Assembly (NCBI GenBank): GCA_002269645.1
Contig: NIVC01001068.1
Span: 144,828 to 208,827, forward strand
Direction of reading: 5' to 3'
Length of the DNA stretch: 64,000 nt
DNA from: Macrostomum lignano
Lineage: Eukaryota
Shown: positions 24,201-35,100 of the stretch, piece by piece
Position numbering within the stretch: the first letter of the stretch is position 1
Layout: each line of letters begins with the position of its first letter
The notes under the pieces: generated by a model
Seen by the model: the letters and a program-made list of their open reading frames with translations, nothing else
Told to the model about the DNA's origin: nothing
The model's database searches: none
Made by a program: the position numbers and the translations under genes

Positions 24201-27200
24201 ACAATTGCTTGTTTGTCTTTTCCTCACTTTTTTTCTCTAACCTTTATGTACATAACACTGGCCTGTTCACACGCGCTCCTTCGAATAAACTTTTTCTTGA
24301 CCACATCATGGAGCTGAGATCCGCAGCTTTCATTTGAATCAAGTTACAATTGAAACGGACTGAAATTATGTCCGCTAGAAGACATCGTAGCAAGGGTTCC
24401 GGAACTTTTGACGGACAGTATAGTTAGCTCTGCCTAATTTAAAGAGTTAAAACACTTTGAAAATGGAGCGTTTTAAAGGGTCCACTCGATTGTCAAAGCA
24501 CCGCAGCACTTAGGCATCTTTTGAGGCAGATTCCGCGGACAAAAGACGCACTTTAAGCGACATGGTCGCACAACCGGTGAGAGGCATTACTACCTATTCC
24601 GCCGACTCCCCTTGAGCGCGCGGATACGAACGCAGTCCTACTTTATCTATCGTTAGGCATGTACACTTTACTGTGCCTTGGGGTTGGCACTCAAGGCCGT
24701 TAATTGCACGAGCAGAGCCAAGCCGAGATTTTAATTATTGTGACTGCACTTAGAATCGAGCCTGGGCCGCTGGCTTAAAGAGAACGAAGCCAACAGGAAA
24801 GAGGAACAGCATACCTGGGCAGCAGAGACAGCAGAAATTGCCAGTCAGTAGAAAAGTTCAGTTGAGCAGAAAATTGCCACAGGATGCAGTTGCGAAGGCT
24901 CGGCTGAAACAAATTTCAAAGGGATTGAACACGAAACTGGGATTCGAAAACTCTGAGAGAGAAAGATTATAATTTTCTAATTTAAGCACGCTTGCTTTCA
25001 CCTACAAATTGGCACGTTTGCAACGGCATAGAAAACTTTTGAAAGGAAAAAATGCAAAATAATATGGGATAGGATTGATGAGCAGATACTGAGGTCAAAG
25101 TTGGGGAAAGGCAAGTTCGATATCAACTCAATAGCATAGGCGCTTCAAGGACACTGCCTTGTGCATGCAGGATATTAATTTGTAGCGGGAAGCTAAATTA
25201 AACTCAGGCCATGAGTTGGAACTGAGTGTCCTGAATCTAAAATACCCATAGACTGCATCTGACATACCCCAGTGTCCTGAATCTAAAATCCCCTTAGACT
25301 GCATCTGACATACCCCAGTGTCCTGAATCTAAAATACCCTTAGACTGCATCTGACATGCCCCAGTGTCCTGAATCTAAAATACCCTTAGACTGCATCTGA
25401 CATACCCCAGTGTCCTGAATCTAAAATACCCTTAGACTGCATCTGACATACCCCAGTGTCCTGAATCTAAAATACCCTTAGACTGCATCTGACATGCCCC
25501 AGTGTCCTGAATCTAAAATACCCTTAGACTGCATCTGACATACCCCAGTGTCCTGAATCTAAAATACCCTTAGACTGCATCTGACATACCCCAGTGTCCT
25601 GAATCTAAAATACCCTTAGACTGCATCTGACATACCCCAGTGTCCTGAATCTAAAATACCCTTAGACTGCATCTGACATACCCAGTGAATCTAAAATACC
25701 CTTAGACTGCATCTGACATACTCCAGTGTCCTGAATCTAAAATACCCTTAGACTGCATCTGACATACTCCAGTGTCCTGAATCTAAAATACCCTTAGACT
25801 GCATCTGACATACCCCAGTGTCCTGAATCTAAAATACCCTTAGACTGCATCTGACATACCCAGTGTCCTGAATCTAAAATACCCTTAGACTGCATCTGAC
25901 ATACCCAGTGAATCTAAAATACCCTTAGACTGCATCTGACATACCCAGTGTCCTAAAATACCCTAAGTTTTATTTTTTATTACCTTGGTGAAGTCGGCAG
26001 ACGACAATGGCAAAGACTGCCTGCTAGAGCCAGACGGCTTCAAAGGTTGCACCAGACTGCAAACAAAACGCATCGTGTCCACCAGAGCCTGCTGCACCGG
26101 CTGGTCCAACTGACAGGTCAATAAAACGGGGCAATATGAAACTGGATACATATTTTAAGCGTTAATTAGTTTTTTCCTAAGAAAGTAAAAACAGTGAAAG
26201 TAAGGTAGGGGTGGCCCAGCAACCGAGGATCTGGGAACCGAGGATCTGGGAGGCTGGCCCAGCAACTGACACTCTGGGAGGCTGGCCCAGCAACTGAAGA
26301 TCTGGGAGGCTGGCCTAGCAACTGGGGATCTGGGAGGCTGGCCCAGAAACTGAGGATCTGGAAGGCTGGCCCAGCAACTGAGGATCTGGGAGGCTGGCCC
26401 AGCAACTGAAGATCTGGGAGGCTGGCCCAGCAACTGAGGATCTGGGAGGCTGGCCTAGCAACTGGGGATCTGGGAGGCTGGCCTAGCAACTGAGGATCTG
26501 GGAGGCTGGCCCAGCAACTGAGGATCTGGGAGGCTGGCCCAGCAACTGAGGATCTGGGAGGCTGGCCTAGCAACTGGGGATCTGGGAGGCTGGCCTAGCA
26601 ACTGAGGATCTGGAAGGCTGGCCCAGCAACTGAGGATCTGGGAGGCTGGCACAGCAACTGGGGATCTGGGAGGCTGGCCCAGCAACTGGGGATCTGGGAG
26701 GCTGGACCAGCAACTGAGGATCTAGGAGGCTGGACCAGCAACTGACACTCTGGGAGGCTGGCCCAGCAACTGACACTCTGGGAGGCTGGACCAGCAACTG
26801 AGGATCTGGGAGGCTGGCACAGCAACTGGGGATCTGGGAGGCTGGCCCAGCAACTGGGGATCTGGGAGGCTGGACCAGCAACTGAGGATCTAGGAGGCTG
26901 GCCCAGCAACTGACACTCTGGGAGGCTGGACCAGCAACTGAGGATCTGGGAGGCTGGCCTAGCAACTGGGGATCTGGGAGGCTGGCCCAGCAACTGGGGA
27001 TCTAAAGCATAGCGACTCCAACTGAGGATCTAGGAGGAAACAACTCTGATTCGGCACTCACAGCACCGCTACATCCGTCATCGACGTCGCCTCCGAGATC
27101 TGCAGCCGCGTCAACACTTGCAGCATCCAGCCTGGCCCCAATCAGGTCTATGATGGCGTCAGCGTGCCGAGTGCAGAACTGCCTAGCCGTCAAAGTATTA

Positions 27201-28818
27201 TCATCAATGCGGCCATTGGAGTCCGGATCGATAGTTTTTGCAGCCGCAATGCCCGAGACAATATGAGCCAGTTTAATCGAACACTTTCGGCTCATATAGG
27301 GACAGCGGCGCAGCTCTTCAACGAAACGAAGGTGTTTAGCCAGCGGCCGCATGGGGTCGGGCAGGGTGGCCAGCAGTAAGGCAGCCAGTGAGCAGCGACG
27401 CAGAGTGGTTTCAGAGAGGTCTGCAGTGCATTTGGTTTGGTTTTCAGGTTACAGTGACTTGTATGCTCTATGCTTGAATAGTGGGATAGAACAAGAGAGA
27501 GCAGAGACGAGGAGGGAGAGAGCGGGGAAGGTGGAAAGAGCGGAATGAGAGGGCGGAGAGAAGAGGGAGGGAGCGGAGGGAGCGGAGGGAGAGGGCGGAT
27601 AAGAGGGGGAGCGGAGGGAGAGGGCGGATAAGAGGGAGAGCGGAGGGAGAGGGCGGATAAGAGGGAGAGCGGAGGGAGAGGGTGGATAAGAGGGGGAGCG
27701 GAGGGAGAGGGCGGATAAGAGGGAGAGCGGAGGGAGAGGGTGGATAAGAGGGAGAGCGGAGGGAGAGGGTGGATAAGAGGGGGAGCGGAGGGAGAGGGTG
27801 GATAAGAGGGGGAGCGGAGGGAGAGGGTGGATAAGAGGGGGAGCGGAGGGAGAGGGTGGATAAGAGGGGGAGCGGAGGGAGAGGGTGGATAAGAGGGTGT
27901 GCGGAGGGAGAGGGTGGATAAGAGGCGGAGCGGAGGGAGAGGGTGGATAAGAGGGTGTGCGGAGGGAGAGGGTGGATAAGAGGGAGAGCGGAGGGAGAGG
28001 GTGGATAAGAGGGAGAGCGGAGGGAGAGGGTGGATAAGAGGGTGTGCGGAGGGAGAGGGTGGATAAGAGGGGGAGCGGAGGGAGAGGGTGGATAAGAGGG
28101 GGAGCGGAGGGAGAGGGTGGATAAGAGGGTGTGCGGAGGGAGAGGGTGGATAAGAGGCGGAGCGGAGGGAGAGGGCAGATAAGAGGGGGAGCGGAGGGAG
28201 AGGGCGGATAAGAGGGGAGCGGAGAGGACGGAGGGGAGAGGGTGGAGAAGGAGGCGGTGAGCAAGCAGCAATAGATATTAGGCACAGAGTCAGTTACCAA
28301 CAGATTGTAGAACAATTACACAATGATGCATGCAGAGGGCAAACAGTTAAAAATGGGAATTGGCCATCAGCAACGCACCATCGCTAGTGACAATAGCGCC
28401 AATCCAGGCCTCCATAGGTTTACAAATGGACCAAGTTCGGCACAGATTAGCCAGAGGCAGCCACAGACTGGGCGCGTCCGGCCGCAGGCATTCGTCAAAT
28501 CGGAAGCACTCCATACAGCGGACCAGACAGCCGAAATTGTCCTCCGCAGCTGCCGATTTATCTTGTGTTTGCAGTTCGGCAATTTCGCTAATCTGTTCGG
28601 GACCGTTCAGCTGAGCGGCGGCGAGCAATAGAGACAGCAGGAAGCTCTGCGAGGCCAGGCGGAACTTCTTGGAGAAGTAGGGCACGTGACGGGACACGGA
28701 CTGGCTGGCGGCGGGGAGGGAGTCTGTCTTTCTTAGTGTCTGTCTTTCTGCCTCTCTGTGTGTCTGTCTGTCTGTCTGTCTCTCTGTGTGTCTGTCTGTC
28801 TATCTATCTATCTATCTA

Positions 28819-28863
<45 letters not shown>

Positions 28864-28934
28864 CTGTCTTTCTGTGTGTCTGTCTGTCTGTCTCTGTCTG
28901 TCTGTCTGTCTGCCTGTCTGTCTGTCTGTCTCTC

Positions 28935-28981
<47 letters not shown>

Positions 28982-28982
28982 T

Positions 28983-29017
<35 letters not shown>

Positions 29018-29082
29018 TTCTGTCTGTCTGTCTTTCTGTCTCTCTGTGTGTCTGTCTGTCTGTCTGTCTGTGTGTGTCTGTG

Positions 29083-29121
<39 letters not shown>

Positions 29122-29134
29122 ATGTCTCTCTGTG

Positions 29135-29165
<31 letters not shown>

Positions 29166-32100
29166 GTGTCTGTCTGTCTGTCTTAGTGTCTGCGTGTCTG
29201 TAACGTTTTCCAACATAACGTAAAAGTTCTACGATCGTAATAACGCACTGTACTTTTTCATTTTTTTAAGCCAGGTTCTGATTGACGATTTCTCGGGCAA
29301 CATGGGCAGCTAGCGCGCGAGGAGGCGAGCCCCATTCCGCGCACTCTCAAGCATGACTTACTCCCAATACTCCACACTATTCAGCTCAATAGCCCAGGGG
29401 AAAGATGACATGAAAAAACTAGCTATTAAAACAATTGAAAGCATACTAACTTATGCAGGTTAAAAAACGGCGCTTTCAATATTCTCATTGAACCGGTGGA
29501 GTGGGGGCGGGGGTTAGAGAAGATAATAAAAAAGGCCATCTGAATCGGTGATTCAAGCATCACCTACCAGATGAGGCTCATAGCTGACCAGGGCAAGCCT
29601 GGCAGACAATGCAATGCTTCCGCGCAGAATAGATATGCTGTAGAATTCCAGCTAGTGCCGGGAAAGTTGCGCAGAATATTTGTCAAATTCACTGCAATGG
29701 CAACAATTTATTAGAATTTACTATGTTACCTCCGTCTAATATAATAGCGCGCTATAATTGTGTTCTCCTCTAGAGGCTGCACACCTGCGATTATTGGTGG
29801 ATTATGATGCGGCTTTTAAGGGATGTGACGTGACGCGAAAGTCAGGAATCGAGCGAGTGTTGTTTGAACGAGTGTAAATTCTTGCGATATATTTGCAGTA
29901 GTAGAATAGTCTAAGTTGCTTGACGAGACACAGATCGAGAGCAATGGTTTAAATATTGCGACTATTGAAAATATTGAAGTGGAGTATTGAACTACATTGA
30001 TGCACTGCATGATTGAGCAAGTGGAGGGACTTAAGGGGCGAGGCAAGGCTAGAGCAATGATGTACACTGAATTGCACAGAGTACGCATTGGTTTACAGAG
30101 TACATAGAAGTTTAGCATTGAATAAAGTTAAGTGACTGAGTTAGCAGAATAAAGTTAAGCAAAAAACCGCACACAGTTACCCATGCTAGCAAACCAACGA
30201 ACCGTCACTTCATCTCCCCCCTTCGAATCGAGCTGGCGGCAGGCCCCTTGTCGAACGAACCGGATAGCGAGGCAGCTTCACCGGCGAGAGGCCGGCGGTC
30301 GGCTGCGGCCGATGCAACTCGGTAGCCTCCCCGCCCTGCAGTCCGGTGATTTCACCGTCCTCAGCGGCTGCAGCAGCGGTGTCGCTGCCACTGCTGCTCA
30401 CGTCACCTTGGCAGCTGGTTTGCGGCAGCATCGTATACTCGTCCGTGGCGCGGGAGGTTGCCGGATCATCGGCTCCGGCCTCGATGCGTTCACTCAGCTG
30501 GTCTGCATGCGCCAGGACGGTGCGACCGCCTTGGCGGGCGATGATGGCCGTGTTCGTCCCTTTCTGACATAGAAACTCGGCCGGCTCGCGCTCCAGCCCT
30601 GCGCCCGGTGCGTACCAGATGTTGGCTCTAATTGGCGTCTTCATTGTGATAGGATTGCGAAGCTGCCGTCCCATGAGCTGTGCTGGACTTTGGGCCCGAC
30701 CGGCGTGGGGAATGCACCTGTAATTGAGTAGGAGTCTGAACAGGAATGAGTCGTACGGCTCCGACGCTTGGTCCCAGGCCGCCGACGCCCTCTTGATCGA
30801 GCCAACCATCCGCTCCGCAAGTCCGTTCGATTGCGGATGCCTTGGAGGAGTTTTGAGGGCTCGACAGCCAATTCGCTCAAGCCAGGACAGCAGTCCAGCG
30901 TCGTGATACTCAGCGGCATTATCGCTAACTAGGACGTGCGGGACACCGTTTCTAGCGAATACTGACTGAAGAGCGGCCTTAACAGTCGCAGCATCGCGGT
31001 TTGGTACTCTCAGGACCTCAGGCCATCCCGACATTGCATCGACTAGAATGAGCACCAGTCCAACCTTCGGGATTGTGGCGTGGTCCATATGCACGCGATG
31101 CCACGGTTCGTCTTCCTTTGGCCACTGATGTACCGTAGGTGTGCCGGAAGGCCGAATTCGCGTGCAGGTGGGGCAGTTGCGCACGTGCCGCTCCACATCC
31201 GTGCAATATCCTGGCCACCAGGCCGAGTTGCGGAACAGTGCGCGAGTTGCCATGGCTCCCTGATGCGAGTCATTGTGTACCTGATCCAGGACGCGCTGCC
31301 TGAGTGTCGCAGGAATCACCGGTCGATCGCCGTAGCAGAGAATGCCGTCGTCTATCACTAAGGCATGGCGAACTGACTTGTACGGTCTCTCAGCTGGGGA
31401 GCATCCTGACCATCTGCTTGATGCGACTCGCTCAGCAATATCTTGGAGTAGACGATCGCGCTGGGTCTCTGCTTGCAGCTCCACCCATGGAATCACCGGG
31501 CTGCCAGCCCAATGAACCAGACCTTCCAAGGCAGCAGGTTCTGATTCGGATAGTTCACCGTCGCATTCAAGGCGAGAGAGAGCATCAGCGTGTGGAATGT
31601 GCTCGCCTTTTGTGTAGATCGTGTCAAAATCGAAGGCCATTAGCTTGATCGCCCAGCGAAGTAGCCGAGCGTTCGCCACCTTTGGAAGTTGCCGCCGCGC
31701 TCCGAAGAGAAACTCTAGAGGCCGATGATCTGTCCGTAGAGTGAATCGGGCACCGAGAAGGAACTGCTTGGCGCGTTCCATCGCCCAAACGATGGCGAGG
31801 GCTTCTCTTTCGATATTCGAATAGCGCGATTCCGTGCTGCTCAACCGTCTGCTAAGGTATATAACCGGGTGGCCGTTTTGGGTGAGCACAGCGGCGATGG
31901 CCCTCTCACTGGCATCCGTGGTAAGAGTCGTCTCCTTGGTCTTGTCGTAGGGCTGTAGGACTGGCGCACTGCTAAGAATGGCTTTGATTCTCTCGAAGGC
32001 CTGAGTCTGATCGGGTCCCCAACTGAACCTTGCGTTCTTGGTTCGTAACCGGTTGAGTGGCTCGATGATCTGTGAGTAGTTGCGAATGAATCTGCCAAAA

Positions 32101-35100
32101 AAGTTGGCAAGGCCAAGAAAAGATTCTAGTTGCTTCTTGTCTCCAGGAGTCTTGACGGCGCGGATCCGATCGACCAGATTTGGATCAGGAGAAATTCCTC
32201 TCTCGCTGACTCTGTACCCGAGAAATGAGACCTCCCTAGCCTTAAGGGTTGATTTTTCCAAGTTGATTGACATTCCTGCCTTCTTTAGGGTAGCTATGAC
32301 ATTTTGGACCTTTGAGTCGATCTCTGAGTCAGATTTTCCGCCGAGAAGAATGTCGTCCTGATAAACTATCTTGCCGGTGATGTCGGCAAGGACTGATTCC
32401 ATTGCCTTTTGAAAGATAGATGATGCTGATTTGAGGCCTGGAACGAGACGCTTATAGCGATAGAGGCCCAAAGGTGTGGCGATGGTGGTGATCTCTCTGC
32501 TGTCTTCGTCCAGCTTTATCTGTAAATAAGCATCTGAAAGGTCGATTTTCGAGAAGTGCGACATTCCAGAGGTCTCCGCAAAGATTGTCTCCATCTCAGG
32601 CATCGGGTACGTATCGTTGCACACCTGATGATTAACTCCTGCTTTGAAGTCAGCACAGACGCGCACCTTTCCGTTAGGTTTCAGTACGCTGACAATTGGT
32701 GAGGCCCACTGACTCCCTCCGGCTGGAACAGGCTCGATTATCTGCTCAGCCTCCATTCGCCTGAGCTCCTCGTTAACCCGGTCTCGCAGGTGAATGGGAA
32801 CGGGCCTGGCTGCGCAGTAAAACGGTTTTGCTCCGTCAACAAGGCGAATCTTGGCTTTGAAGTTTTTGAGACATCCTAGCTGGCCGACAGCGTTGATTGT
32901 AATAGCGTCCCCTTGCAGCTTGATGACGTCCATTCCCAGCAGTCCATGTGGCTTGCTGGCCTCCGTGACGATTAAGTCCAGTGTGACAAAGTTGGTGTCG
33001 GTTTCTAGGGAGGCAGTGAATTCTCCTAGACAGGAAATGCTGGATCCGTCGTACTGCCTGAGTGTTCGCCTGCACTTCCTGAGAGAAGGGCGGCCGAGCT
33101 TGACCCACAGATTTTGCGGAAGTAGACTCACCTCGGCGCCCGTGTCAATCTGCATAGGCAGGGTCTGACCATTGATCTTCGCCTCGTGAAAGACTCCGTT
33201 GCTACGCCCGGGAGTGACCACAAAAATGTCGGCTGGCCCTTGGTCCTGATTCTCATGATCGCCTGTCGATTCTCCTTGGGTCAAGTGCACTTCTCTGGAT
33301 CTGCAGACCGCAGCAAAATGATTCTTCCGTTTACACTTGGTGCACCTCTGACCAAAAGCGGGGCAACTGCCTTTGGGGTGAGTTGTACCGCAGTAATAGC
33401 ACCTGCCTTTACCAGCTGCTCCTGGAGACTTGGCTGCTGCACCAGTCGTTCTTGGTTGCCCTGCAAAAGCGATCTCCAGGGGGACGGGCGCGCCTGATGA
33501 AGCGCTGTTGGTTGTGCCTTTGTTATATTGTTGAATTTGCTCGAGCTGCTGCAGGTTTTGCAGGATATCATCAAGAAGTTTTTCTTCGCCTTGAAGCTGC
33601 TCCAAAATTCTCTTCTTGTGTTCGGGAGAGGCAAGGCCGTCGATTAGTCTCATCGCGATGAGGTCGTTTTCCTTGGACTGCTTGGCCCCAGTTCCTCGAA
33701 TTCGCAAAGCGCCGCCGCTGCTCGAAGCCGACGATAGTAAGTGCTGATCGATTCACCTGGCTCTTGCTTCAGGCTTAGAAATCTGGTGCGCTCAGCGATG
33801 ACCAGCCTTTTCTTAGGCCGGATTGTTGCTGTAACTAGTGTCTCGATTTCGCTAAATTTGAGTGCCTCCAGCTTTTTTGGTGCAGCCATCAGAGAGAGCG
33901 TCCGGATCGCCTGTAGTCCAGCCTTGGACAGGAACAAGTCAGTCTTATCCCGCGCTTCGTCCGTGTCCGTAAGTTTCTTAATGCGGGCTGTGGCGGAGAG
34001 CTGCTGCATCCATGCCTCAGCGAGTTCAGGATCGTTGAGGTTGAGTTCTTGACTCCGAATTTCGCCTGCTTGCGACGCCATTGACGTGACGCGAAAGTCA
34101 GGAATCGAGCGAGTGTTGTTTGAACGAGTGTAAATTCTTGCGATATATTTGCAGTAGTAGAATAGTCTAAGTTGCTTGACGAGACACAGATCGAGAGCAA
34201 TGGTTTAAATATTGCGACTATTGAAAATATTGAAGTGGAGTATTGAACTACATTGATGCACTGCATGATTGAGCAAGTGGAGGGACTTAAGGGGCGAGGC
34301 AAGGCTAGAGCAATGATGTACACTGAATTGCACAGAGTACGCATTGGTTTACAGAGTACATAGAAGTTTAGCATTGAATAAAGTTAAGTGACTGAGTTAG
34401 CAGAATAAAGTTAAGCAAAAAAACCGCACACAGTTACCCATGCTAGCAAACCAACGAACCGTCACTTCAGGATGGATAAGGGCGGTTATTAGCAATGGAT
34501 TAGGGTGGCTATTAGGGATGGATTAGGATGGCTATTAAGGATGGATTAGGGTGGCTATTAGGGTTGAATTAGGGCGGTTATTAGGAGTGGATTAGGGTGG
34601 CTATAAAGGATGGATTAGGGCGGTTATTATGGATGGATTAGGGCGGTTACTAGGGATGCATTAGGGCGGTTATTAGGGATGGATTAGGGTGGCTATTAGG
34701 GATGGATTAGGGTGGTTATTAGGGATGCATTAGGGCGGTTATTAGGGATGGATTAGGGTGGCTATTAGGTTGGATTAAAGGCAATCACAATTTTGATGAA
34801 TTAGGACGAAATTATGGGAGGCTGTAACCATGGATAAAGGAACAGAATAAAAAATTACCTTCAATACTGGCCAAGCTTCTCATAAACTTAGCTAACGATT
34901 TTGAAGGCTGACAAAAATCTTCGACGCTGGAATCCGCAGAATTAAGAAGTGCGGCGGCACCGGCGGAACTTCCGGGATCTTCGATAACATAGAACAGCGA
35001 CGGATCGTTGAGCGTGTCCCACAGATATTGGGATAAAAACTGCGGGATAAAAACCATTAATCGTTAGTGGATTCTGCCTGCACCATGTACATTGGGAGTG

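Noticed and set aside
33650-33707. Programmed gag-pol ribosomal frameshift
   Set aside because: The break is inside Gag before the Cys/His knuckles, there is no X XXY YYZ slippery heptamer, and one extra G in a homopolymer restores a continuous ORF.
33889-34374. ORF of 100-161 aa in the LTR ([10 protein letters not shown]...), also 29816-30118
   Set aside because: No recognisable domain, out of frame with Gag, and duplicated only because the LTR is duplicated.
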